DNA of 62,968 nucleotides, the filler included, from Chiloscyllium plagiosum (Eukaryota): NCBI RefSeq assembly GCF_004010195.1. It is 4 parts of one record of this genome, joined end to end, with 100 filler letters (N's around TTAATTAATTAA, not from the genome) between each part and the next. Parts side by side here need not be neighbours in the genome. Positions count along the whole stretch, not along the records: positions 30,333 to 48,946 come from NC_057715.1; 3 more parts are not named here. The stretch is one strand, 5' to 3'. A program made the position numbers and the translations under genes. Below the pieces are notes generated by a model. The model saw nothing but the letters and a program-made list of their open reading frames with translations. It made no database searches and had not been told where the DNA came from. Within the stretch, counting starts at the first letter, position 1. The number at the start of each line of letters is the position of its first letter. Shown in pieces: positions 37,688 through 48,654 of this stretch.

Positions 37688-37778
37688 ATGTTGCAAAATC
37701 AATATAAGCTGGATGATGGCAAGAGTGTCTCAATGGATTGCTTTCCAATAAGGAAGATCTTCAAGGGAGGATATCAAA
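37688..37778 (+). CDS. XRRA1: XRRA1 first coding exon, MLQNQYKLDDGKSVSMDCFPIRKIFKGGYQ
   Basis: Matches human XRRA1 N-terminus (YKLDDGK...CFP.R); tttttcag acceptor ends at 37682; GTAAG donor; phase 1. Confidence 0.92.
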
Positions 37779-38865
37779 GTAAGCACATTTTCCTTTTCAT
37801 AGTTGGAAGGTACATATCGTAGTGAACCCAAGAAAGATTGTTTCAAAAACATCTATCATTGTATATCTGAAAGTATCTTCTTGGTATTTTAAATTTTTTC
37901 ATGGTGCTGTTTCTTACTCCACCACACCACACATCCAACTTCCAAGAGATGAGGCAAATCCCTATTTAAAAATATAAACAAACAGTATTAATAAACAACA
38001 ATAGCAAATTAAAATTGTAAAACAGCTTTGATAACATCTAGTAGCAAAGGGGAAAACCATTTGTCACAAATAGTCCTACTTCCCATAACCATATGTTTCC
38101 TTTTCACATAATTACCCAATTGTCTTTGAAAGTTTCTGTTGAATCTCCTTCTACCATGCCTTCAGACAGTGCTTTTCTAGTCATAACAACTTCTCGTATT
38201 CCCTCTGACCTTAAATCTGTGTCCTCTGGGTACCTAACAAATTTTATCAAAATTCTCATTACTTTAATATTCAAATAATATAAGGGAGGTGTTATTAAAT
38301 GTCTTTCTAACCCACTCTGCCGAGAACAATCGCTATTTTATCATTCTCTACTTAGGTCCTTCATCATGTAATAGAATAATACAACAGAACAGCATGTGTG
38401 CCAGCATTTATTACCCATCCTAATTGCCCTGAGAAAGTGGTGATAAGCTGCTTCCTCGAACTCCTGTAGTCCATATGGTGTAGGGAGTTGAATGTTGAAG
38501 TTGGTGCACGGGGTGCCAGTCAAGTGGGCTGCTTTATCCTGGATAGTGTCAAGCTTCTTGAGTGTTGTTGGAGCTGCATTGATCTAGACAATACAAGAGT
38601 ATTCAATCAAACTGCTGCATGTGCCTTGTAGATCATGGACAGGCATTGAAAAGTTAGCAAGTGAGTTACTCAGCATAAGATTCCAAGCTTCTGACCTGCT
38701 TTTGATAACCACATACTTATTTGGTTGTCCAGTTCAGTGTCTGGTCAATGATGACACCCTCTCCCCCTTCCCCTTTCCCCCAGATGCTACTCAAAGTTTG
38801 TGAGAAGGTTTGTAGCTCGGGTGCTCATTGTTGTGGTTCTGTTCGCCGAGCTGGGAATTTGTGTT

Positions 38866-38905
38866 GCAGACGTTTCGTCCCCTGTCTAGGTGACATCCTC
38901 AGTGC
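38866..38905 (-). ncRNA. Minimal hammerhead ribozyme (CUGAGGA type)
   Basis: gca-CTGAGGA-tGTCACCTagacAGGGGAC-GAAA-CGTC-tgc: core, stem II, ACGT palindrome, GUC cleavage triplet, gca/tgc stem I; mirror copy on plus at 39024-39063. Confidence 0.75.
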
Positions 38906-39062
38906 TTGGGAGCCTCCTGTGAAGCGCTTCTGTGATCTTTCCTCCGGCATTTATAGTGGCAGATTCAAACCACTATAAATGCCGGAGGAAACATCACAGA
39001 AGCGCTTCACAGGAGGCTCCCAAGCACTGAGGATGTCACCTAGACAGGGGACGAAATGTCTG

Positions 39063-39369
39063 CGGCACGGTGGCACAGTGATTAGCACTGCTGCCTCACA
39101 GCGCCGGAGACCCGGGTTCAATTCCCGTCTCAGCCGACTGACTGTGTGGAGTTTGCACATTCTCCCCGTGTCTGCGTGGGTTTCCTCCGGGTGCTCCGGT
39201 TTCCTCCCACAGTCCAAAGATGTGCAGGTCAGGTGAATTGGCCATGCTAAATTGCCCGTAGTGTTAGGTAAGGGGTAAATGTAGGGGTATGGGTGGGTTG
39301 CGCTTCGGCGGGTCAGTGTGGACTTGTTGGGCTGAAGGGCCTGTTTCCACACTGTAATGTAATCTAATC
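39063..39369 (+). mobile_element. Young HE1-like SINE
   Basis: ggcacggtggcacagtg...gggttcaattcccg head, conserved core, (taatc)n tail. Confidence 0.93.
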
Positions 39370-39819
39370 ACAAATTCCCAGCTCGGCAAACAGAACCACA
39401 ACAACCCAGATGTTACTACTAGGGACTCAGCAATGGGAATGCCAATGAATGTCAAGAGGAGATGGTTGGAGTCTCTGTGAAGTATGTAGAGGAATGTCTT
39501 CCACATGTGATCTTTGAAATCCTTCTCTGTGTACAGTTATTCTAAACTCAACTGAAATATGGAGCAATGAGTGAGGAAGCAATACCACACAAAAGAATAT
39601 TTATGATTTGCTATCGCTTAGTATGTGCTCAATATTTTAAAGATAAAATTATCACCGCTGGCAATTTCAAATGGGTAAAGCTAATATTGATGATAACATA
39701 TTTTACAATAACTTTTGTCAGTTTGATTTTATGGCCATTAGTTTGAGCAAAGATCCATTTAAACTTTCAGTAGATTTTTGATCTTCAAAGCACATGATGA
39801 TATTGATATGGCAGGACCC

Positions 39820-40630
39820 ATGGAAAAAACTCCCAAAAGGACTGGCCGAGATGGTGTCCTTGGCTGAGCCCTCAGATCCTGTGTGGACCAGCTGGTGGGA
39901 ATATTCACTGACCTCTTTAATCTCTCCATACTATGATCCAAAGTCCCCACCTGCTTCAAGAAGACCACCATCTTCCTGGTACCAAAGAAAACTCATGCAG
40001 CATACCTCATGGGGCGGCACGGTGGCTCAGTCGTTAGCACTGTTGCCTCACCATCAGGGACCTGTGTTCGATTCCCACTTCAGGCAACTGTCTGTGTGGA
40101 GTTTGCACATTCTCCCCGTGTCTGCGTGGGTTTCCTTCCACAGTCCAAAGATGTGCAGGTGAATTGGCCATACTAAATTGCCCATTGTGTTAGGTGCCTT
40201 GGTCTGGGTGAAATGGGTCTGGGTGGGCTACTCTTTGGAGGGTCGGTGTGGACTTGTTGGGCTGAAGGGCCTTTTCCACACTGTAGGGAATCTAATCTAA
40301 TCAATGACTACCACTCGGTGGCTCTGAATTCCATAGTTATGAATGCTTCAAGAGGTTAGTCATGGCTCATATCAACTCCAGCATCCTAGCCAGCCTTGGT
40401 CCCTTGCAATTGACCTACAGGTCCATGGTAAACACCTGGCCTGGCTCTACACCTGCCCATGAAACATCTGGATAACAAGGATACTTATGTCAGACTCCTA
40501 TCCATAGACTATAGCTTGGCCTTCAACATTACAATTCCAAACAAACTCATCTCCAAACTCTGAGAACTAGACCTCTGGTCTACACTCTGCAACTGGATCC
40601 TTGAGCTCCTGATCCACAGAATGCAATCAG
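39820..40630 (+). mobile_element. Rex1/Babar-type LINE RT fragment with nested HE1-like SINE (about 40010-40302)
   Basis: LRSCVDQLVGIFTDLFNLS, PTCFKKTT, NDY..VAL and [14 protein letters not shown] remnants. Confidence 0.75.
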
Positions 40631-40749
40631 TCATACTTTATACAATATCATTTGAAATCCTATTTGCACAATATCAACTGAACTAACCCTCATTAACCCT
40701 ATCTTGTTACTTAGTGCAAATCTTAATCAAAAACATTTTGACTTTAGAT

Positions 40750-41070
40750 AGTAGCTCAGTGGTTAGCACTGCATCCTCATAGTGCCAATCTCCAGGGACT
40801 GTCTTTGTGTGGTTTGCACATTCTCCTTGTGTCTGCATAGATTTTCTCCGGTGCTCTGGTTTCCTCTCACAGTCCAAAGATGTCCAGGTTAGGTGGATTG
40901 GCCGTGCTAATTTGCTCAGTTGTGTTCAGGGATGTGTCGGCTAGGTGGACTAACCATGGGAAATACAGGCAAAGAGTAGGCAGTGCTGGCTCTGGGTGGG
41001 ATCTCTTCAGAAGGTCGGTGCAGGCTTGATGGACCAAATGGCAACTTTCGGCACTGTAAGGATTCTATGG
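40750..41070 (+). mobile_element. HE1-like SINE, diverged
   Basis: gctcagtggttagcactgc head; tttgcacattctcc...cagtccaaagatg core. Confidence 0.8.
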
Positions 41071-41260
41071 TTTAACCAGAGTCACTACTCTTATCTGAAA
41101 CTATAGCAAACCGTGTCCTGTCCCCAAGTGCAGTGGACTGTTTCTCTAGATGAATGTTATGAGAGGATAACCAAGATTACATTACATAAAATCATTCTCA
41201 GTGGCTGACAATAGTAATACAACGTTATGCACAGTCTTTGTTTGTGTGCTTTTTTTACAG

Positions 41261-41436
41261 ATGCTGGACACTGGGTGAAGGCTCAGAAAAGTACTAAGGA
41301 GAAGGTTTTTCATGTTGTAATTGGACCAAAGCCAGTTCAAAGCTTGGATCCACAGCCAGCCCCTGTGGATGCAGCCCAACAAACTGACAAGCCTCCTAAA
41401 CCGACTAAAGAAAACGTGCTGAATGGAGATTTCTTG
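41261..41436 (+). CDS. XRRA1: XRRA1 coding exon 2, (N)AGHWVKAQK...KENVLNGDFL
   Basis: ttttttacag acceptor and GTGAGT donor; phase 1 to phase 0; GHW..QK matches human GHWLVVQK. Confidence 0.9.
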
Positions 41437-41609
41437 GTGAGTGTTGGTAAGCTCCCTGGCTCTTCTACAAATGGTAAATCTGGCTGGACATGTTCCTGGA
41501 GATTTCATTATATCAAGTGAACTGCCTCCATGGTTTTGCCGTTGGTTGTCTGAAGTCCATCCTCATATCATCCTGTTTGCCTATGCCCATCTTTGCTGTT
41601 CCTGACATG

Positions 41610-41825
41610 CAAATGTTTGATGCCGACAGTATAGAGGGAGATTTACTCAATACCTGTTTTTGGAATGTTTGGGGACAGTGTAGATGGAGCTTTACTGAAT
41701 TTAACCCCATACTATACCTGACCTAGGAGTGGCTGGGGACAACGTGAAGGGAACTTTACACTGTATCTAACTCCATGCTGTGAGTGTTGACTTGTAACTG
41801 TACAGAGGGAGCTTTACAATGTATA
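41610..41825 (+). repeat. Degenerate tandem repeat (gacagtgtagagggagctttac...tatctaaccccat), about 3-4 units
   Basis: Recurring gacagt(a/g)taga(g/t)ggag(c/a)tttac blocks; a further copy at about 42515-42585. Confidence 0.6.
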
Positions 41826-41828
41826 TGG

Positions 41829-42168
41829 AGGAAGCAATGGCCTAATGGTATTATCGCTGGACTATTAATCCAGAGACCCAGATAATGTTCAGGGGACCTG
41901 GGCTCGAATCCTGCCATGGTAGATGGTGGAATTTGAATTCAATAAAAAGAAAATCTTGAATTAAGAGTCTAATGATGACCATGAATTCACTGTCGATTGT
42001 CAGAAAAACCCATCTGGTTCACTAATGTCCTTTGGGGAAAGAAACTGCCATCCTTACCTGGTCTGGCCTACATGTGACTCCAGACCCACAACAATGTGGT
42101 TGACTCTTAACTGCCTTCTGGGCAATTAAGGATGGTTAATAAATGCTGCCTAACCAGCAACACCCTCA
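41829..42168 (+). mobile_element. tRNA-derived SINE with L2-type tail
   Basis: tggcctaatggta A box, gggctcgaatcc B box, 3' gggcaattaaggatgg..aataaatgc; fragments also at about 1460-1575 and 35211-35330. Confidence 0.8.
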
Positions 42169-42472
42169 TAGAGATGTATAGCATGGAAACAGAGCCTTTA
42201 GTCCAACCTGTCCATGCCGACCCAACCCAATCTAGTCCCACCTGCCAGCACACAGCCTGTATCCCCCTGAACCCTTCCTATTCATATACCCATCCAGATG
42301 CCTTTTAAATGTTGTCATTGTACTAGCCTCCACCACTTCCTCTGGCAGCTCATTCCATGCATATACTATCCTCTGCGTGAAAAAGTTGCCCCTTAGGTCT
42401 CTTTTATATCTTTCCCCTCTCACCCTAAACCTATGCCCTCTATTTCTGGACTCCCCGACCCCAGGGAAAAGA
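42168..42472 (-). mobile_element. CR1 LINE 3' end
   Basis: RGNFFTQRIVYAWNELPEEVVEA (ORF 42232-42423). Confidence 0.9.
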
Positions 42473-43362
42473 TGACAATAAAAAAAAGTTCTGTGCTAGA
42501 CCCATTCTGCAAAAGTCTAATGGGACAGTATAGAGGGGATATTAGTTAATATCTGACTCCATACGCATTTATCCTGGGAGTTCTGCACAATTGCATGACT
42601 TAGAAGAAACATTAGCCAGATCCTATAAATTGGAGTACATACCTATTGTGGCTAGTGTCTGTTGCTTACTCCATAACCAATTCCCTGCTGGCAGGCTATA
42701 TTGGATGCAGTGACCATGATGTGGAAGAGTTAAGGGTTTTATTGGGAACAAAGGCATTAGATGATGAGGTGAGGAATTGGTTGTGTAGAGATACATATGC
42801 AGAAGTTTCACAGCAAGCACAAGACAAATGATTGTCAATTGGGAATTTGTAGATGCAGATATAAATAACTTGAGCAGAGTTTTTAATAAGTATAAAGAAA
42901 AGTTGTGCATGGTCAACAACCTTCCAACGTTATATATCCACCTTTTGATTAAAAAGATCAGGATAGCCTAGATGATTTCTTGTACGTCTTTCTAGGGTAT
43001 GATTCTAAAACAAGGGTAATTAGTAATCCAATTAAACAAAGAACTGAGAGTACTTGAGATCTGAGACAAAAACAGAAATTGCTGGTGAAACTCAGCAGAT
43101 TGGCTGTATTTATGGGAAGAAAGCAGAGTCAACATGTCAAGTCCAATGACTGTTCATCAAAACTCAGCTGCTGCCAGACCTGCTGAGTTTTGCCAGCAAT
43201 TTATGCTTTTGTTGCATTAATAATCCAAAAGGCTTGACCATTCATTCTGGCCAAAAGGTTTATACATTTTGAGTTGATGAGAAATACAAACTTGCCATGC
43301 CTTAAACATGAAAAAGAATATTAGATAAAGCCGAAGTGAAGTGGGCTGAATGTGGTTTATCT

Positions 43363-45167
43363 TTGAGGAGAAAGTGAGGTCTGCAGATGCTGGAGATCAG
43401 AGATGGAAATGTGTTGCTGGAAAAGCGCAGCAGGTCAGGCAGCATCTAGGGAACAGGAGAATCGACGTTTCGGGCATTAGCCGTTCTTCAGGAATGAGGA
43501 AAGTTGGTCCAGCAGGCTAAGATAAAAGATAGGGAGGAGGGACTTGGGGGAGGGGCATCGGAAATGTGATAGGTGGAAAGAGGTCAAGGTGAGGGTGATA
43601 GGTCAGACTGGGGTGGGGGCGGAGAGGTCGGGAAGAAGATTGCAGGTTAGGAAGGCGGTGCTGAATTCGATGGATTTGACTGAGACAAGGTGGGGGGAGG
43701 GGAAATGAGGAAACTGGTGAAACCCGCGTTCCTGCCTTGTGGTTGGAGGGTTCCTAGGCAGAAGATGAGGCGCTCTTCCTCCAACCATCATTTTGTTGTG
43801 GTCTGGCGATGGAGGAATCCGAAGACCTGCATTTTTTTGGTGGAATGGGAGGGGGAGTTGAAGTGTTGAGCCACAGGGTGGTTGGGTTGGTTGGTCCGGG
43901 TGTCCCAAAGGTGTTCCCTGAAACGCTCCGCAAGTAAGCGGCCCGTCTCCCCAATATAGAGGAGGCCACATCGGGTACAGAGGATGCAATAGATGATATG
44001 TGTGGAGGTACAGGTGAATCTGTGGCGGATATGGAAGTTTCCTTTGGGGCCAAAGGATGCAATAGATGATATGTGTGAAGGTACAGGTGAATCTGTGGCG
44101 GATATGGAAGTTTCCTTTGGGGCCAAAGGATGCAATAGATGATATGTGTGAAGGTACAGGTGAATCTGTGGCGGATATGGAAGTTTCCTTTGGGGCCAAA
44201 GGATGCAATAGATGATATGTGTGAAGGTACAGGTGAATCTGTGGCGGATATGGAAGTTTCCTTTGGGGCCAAAGGATGCAATAGATGATATGTGTGAAGG
44301 TACAGGTGAATCTGTGGCGGATATGGAAGTTTCCTTTGGGGCCAAAGGATGCAATAGATGATATGTGTGAAGGTACAGGTGAATCTGTGGCGGATATGGA
44401 AGTTTCCTTTGGGGCCAAAGGATGCAATAGATGATATGTGTGAAGGTACAGGTGAATCTGTGGCGGATATGGAAGTTTCCTTTGGGGCCAAAGGATGCAA
44501 TAGATGATATGTGTGAAGGTACAGGTGAATCTGTGGCGGATATGGAAGTTTCCTTTGGGGCCAAAGGATGCAATAGATGATATGTGTGAAGGTACAGGTG
44601 AATCTGTGGCGGATATGGAAGTTTCCTTTGGGGCCAAAGGATGCAATAGATGATATGTGTGAAGGTACAGGTGAATCTGTGGCGGATATGGAAGTTTCCT
44701 TTGGGGCCAAAGGATGCAATAGATGATATGTGTGAAGGTACAGGTGAATCTGTGGCGGATATGGAAGTTTCCTTTGGGGCCAAAGGATGCAATAGATGAT
44801 ATGTGTGAAGGTACAGGTGAATCTGTGGCGGATATGGAAGTTTCCTTTGGGGCCAAAGGATGCAATAGATGATATGTGTGAAGGTACAGGTGAATCTGTG
44901 GCGGATATGGAAGTTTCCTTTGGGGCCAAAGGATGCAATAGATGATATGTGTGAAGGTACAGGTGAATCTGTGGCGGATATGGAAGTTTCCTTTGGGAGG
45001 GGTGGGGGAGTTCAGGTGGCGGTTAATATCGCGGCGGCAGTTGGCTATGCAGAGGTCGAGGGCAGGTAGGAGGCCAGCACGGGGTGTCCAGGTGGATGGG
45101 GTGTGTTGGAGGCGGGAGAAGGGGTCGTCAGAGGGTGGGCGGGAGTCTTGGTTAAAGAAGTAGGCAC
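43363..45167 (-). mobile_element. Internally deleted Penelope-like element containing a 73-bp tandem array
   Basis: GIY-YIG motif (IIYCILC..CGLLYIGETGR...RFREH); 3' repeat with hammerhead remnant (about 43460-43495); N-terminal PLE fragment at 44998-45167; TSD tgaatgtggtttatct at 43347-43362 and 45186-45201. Confidence 0.92.
43981..44997. repeat. 73-bp tandem repeat, about 14 near-identical copies
   Basis: Unit ggatgcaatagatgatatgtgtgaaggtacaggtgaatctgtggcggatatggaagtttcctttggggccaaa; ORF starts spaced 73 nt apart. Confidence 0.97.
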
Positions 45168-45284
45168 GGTTTATCTCATTTAATGTGAATGTGGTTTATC
45201 TCATTTAAACAATATCTACACCCAGCTATGGAACTTGCCAGGATTGATTCAAGTTTCTATCAACTACTCTGTTGTTCTTTACAG

Positions 45285-45356
45285 AAGTGGCTGCATTGTG
45301 TGGATAATTACTCTGACCTGTGTACTGTGAATATTAGTGACCAGAACCTCCATTCC
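45285..45356 (+). CDS. XRRA1: XRRA1 coding exon 3, KWLHCVDNYSDLCTVNISDQNLHS
   Basis: ttctttacag acceptor and GTATGT donor; 72 nt, phase 0; matches human HCV..SDLCTIN.S. Confidence 0.92.
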
Positions 45357-45587
45357 GTATGTATGATGTTAACATTGCAATTTTGTGCTTGTGAATAGGG
45401 ATTAAGATCATAAATGGCAGGAACCTAAGAACAGGAGGCAGCCATTTATCTGTCAGATCTGTCCCAGTACTCAGTGAAATCATTGCTGACCTGACCTACC
45501 TCATAATACTCACCTTTGGCCCATATTCTTTAACACCTTTGATTAACCAAAATCTGTCATTCTCTGGTATAAACATTCGTGAATCAA

Positions 45588-47258
45588 CATCACTGCCCGG
45601 TTCTACCTCCTTCCCAAGATCCACAAGCCTGACCACCCCGGCCGACCCATTGTATCAACATGCTCATGCCTCACTGAACTCATCTCTACCTACCTCGACA
45701 CTGTCCTATCCCCCCTAGTCCAAGAACTCCCCACATACGAGCGAGACACCACCCATGCCCTTCACCTCCTCCAAGACTTCTGTTTCCCCGGCCCCCAACG
45801 CCTGATCTTCACCATGGATATCCAATCCCTCTGCACCTCCATCCGCTATGACCAGGGCCTGCAAGCCCTCTGTTTCTTCCTCTCCCGACGTCCCCAATAG
45901 TACCCTTCTGACATTCTAATTAATTTGGCTGAACTGGTCTTAACCCTTAACAATTTCTCCTTCGAATCCTCCCACTTCCTCCAGACCAAAGGGGTAGCCA
46001 TGGGCACACGTATAGGCCTCAGCTATGCCTGTCTCTTTGTTGGCTACGTAGAACAGCCCATCTTCCGTGATTACACCGGCACCACTCCCCATCTCTTCCT
46101 CCGCTACATTGATGACTGCATTGGCGCCACCTCGTGCTCCCGCGAGGAGGTTGATGAATTCATCAATTTCACCAACACATTCCACCCTGACCTTAAATTT
46201 ACCTGGACCATCTCTGACACCTCCCTCCCCTTCCTGGACCTCTCCATCTCCATTAATGACGACCGACTTGACACCGACATTTTTTGCAAACCCACCAACT
46301 CCCACAACCGCCTGGATTACACCTCTTCCCACCCTACCGCCTGCAAAAATGCCATCCCGTATTCCCAATTCCTCCGCCTCCNNNNNNNNNNNNNNNNNNN
46401 NNNNNNNNNNNNNNNNNNNNNNNNNNNNNNNNNNNNNNNNNNNNNNNNNNNNNNNNNNNNNNNNNNNNNNNNNNNNNNNNNNNNNNNNNNNNNNNNNNNN
46501 NNNNNNNNNNNNNNNNNNNNNNNNNNNNNNNNNNNNNNNNNNNNNNNNNNNNNNNNNAGGCCCTATAGGAGCCTTCCACATCCATCAAAGTTTTACGTGC
46601 ACATCCACCAATATCATTTATTGTATCCGTTGCTCCCGATGCAGTCTCCTCTACGTTGGGGAGACTGGACGCCTCCTAGCAGAACGCTTTAGGGACCATC
46701 TCTGGGACACCCGCACCAATCAACCACACCGCCCCGTGGCCCAACATTTCAACTCCCCCTCCCACTCAGCTGAGGACATGGAGGTCCTGAACCTCCTTCA
46801 CCGCCGCTCCCTCACCACCTGACGCCTGGAGGAAGAACGCCTCATCTTCCCCCTCGGAACACTTCAACCCCAGGGCATCAATGTGGACTTCACCAGTTTC
46901 CCATTTCCCCTTTCCCCACCTCACCCCAGCTCCAAACTTCCAGCTCAGCACAGTCCCCATGACTTGTCCTATCTGCCTATCTTCCTTTCCACCTATCCAC
47001 TCCACCCTCCTCTCTGACCTATCACCTTCATCCCCACCTCCATTCACCTATTGTACTCTATGCTACTTTCTCCCCACCATCACCCTCCTCTCATTTATCT
47101 CTCCACTCTCCAGGCACCCTGCCTGTATTCCTGATGAAGGGCTTTTGCCCGAAACGTCGATTTTCCTGCTCCTTAGATGCTGTCTGAACTGCTGTGCTTT
47201 TCCAGCACCACTCTAATCCAGAATCTGGTTTCCAGCATCTGCAGTCATTGTTTTTACC
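45588..47258 (+). mobile_element. Penelope-like element (RT + GIY-YIG + 3' repeat)
   Basis: GVAMGT..G.SYA, FLRYIDD, FLDL, IIYCIRC..C.LLYVGETGR.L.ERF. Confidence 0.95.
47127..47162 (+). ncRNA. Minimal hammerhead ribozyme in the PLE 3' repeat
   Basis: attc-CTGATGA-a-GGGC tttt GCCC-GAAA-CGTC-gatt; perfect core and stem II, ACGT palindrome, GUC cleavage triplet. Confidence 0.78.
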
Positions 47259-48654
47259 TAGTTTTTATCATAGTCATACAGCACAGAAATAGGTCCTTCA
47301 GCCCAACATCCATGCTGACTAGATTTCCTAAACTGGAGTAGTCCCATTTGCCTGCATTTGGCCCATATCCCTTGAAACCTCTCCCATCCATGTACCTGAG
47401 TAAATGCCTTTTAAATATAGTAATTGTACTCACCTCTACCACTTCTTTTGGCAGCTCGTTCCTTTTTTGCACCACTCTCTGTTAAAAAGTTGCCCCTCAG
47501 TTCCTTTTTTAACAGATCCTTCAGTCCAACTAGTCCACATCGACCATGTTCCCATTTACCTGCGTTTGGTCCAAATCCTTCCAAATCTTTCCTAATTATG
47601 TACTGATCCAAATGCCTTAAATGTTGGAGGAACAATTTACTACATATGCTGGAATCTGTACTGAAAACAAAAGTTGTTTGAAATCACAGCAGGTAAGGCA
47701 GCATCCATGGAGAGAGAGCAAGATAACATTTCGAGTCTAGATTACTCTCCATCCACCATGTCCATCTCAGACTCCGAGATTTCTTCAATATTAGGTGGAA
47801 CGGGAGAACACAAGGGTTCCCATAACCTTCCCAGCTGTTCTAAAGAGCCAGGTATGCTTTGCTCCTGCCCTGTTTGTGAGTTTGCAGCTTTCATGTGGTC
47901 CACATGCTTGTTCAGGAGTGCCTAAATTAGCAGACTTTGTACATCATGGGACCTCATGTCCACCATGCCTCTTGCCCATGCAGGGCAATTTCCCTGATTT
48001 TGGCACCAAACTGTGTCTCCCGCTTAGAGGAGTCTTTCGTCCAGCATTGGTATTCCTGATGCCTCCCCCCTCAAGATCCAGGAAGATCAATTTTAACCTG
48101 GTGCAGAGTCTTTTCACCATTAGCAACTCAGTTGGAGCCATCCCTATACAGAGGAACCACGATTATACGTAGGACATCATTTGGTTAATCGAATGCCGGA
48201 TAACATAGTCAGGACCTTGCGATCTTGTTCAGATAATCTGAAATTTGGTTGATCGAATGGTTAAATGACTGAATAGGAACTGGGACAGTTTGGTGTCCAG
48301 TGAAGATTCAGGCTGTTTCTGTAAGACTGCTCTTTCTGCCAGACCATTGGATAGTGGATAGTATGGAACAGTCCATATATGCCAAATGCCATTCGACTTT
48401 AAAAAATACACAAATTCCCTGCTGGTAAATGATGGCCCATTGTCTGTAACCAACATTTCTGGGTGCCTGTGTATTGCAAAAGAAGCTTGCAGCTTTTCTA
48501 TTGTTGTCCCCATGTTTGATGAATGAACTCTATACACTTTGAGTGGGCATCCACAACGACTAAGAACATTGAGCCCATGAAAGAGCCAGCATAATTGACA
48601 TATAACTGAGTCCAGGATTTACTTTGCCATTCCCACGAACGTGGGGTAGCGGTT

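Larger units (their letters stand above)
38792..39404. mobile_element. Fold-back PLE terminal-repeat insertion (third family) with hammerheads on both arms, interrupted by an HE1-like SINE
   Basis: Near-perfect inverted arms around a 10-nt loop at 38960-38969; TSD cccagatg(c/t)tact at 38779-38791 and 39405-39417. Confidence 0.88.

Noticed and set aside
43603..44938. Three long (334-420 aa) repetitive ORFs, and a CRISPR-like appearance
   Set aside because: They arise from a stop-free 73-bp tandem unit. There are no unique spacers and no cas genes, and the context is eukaryotic.
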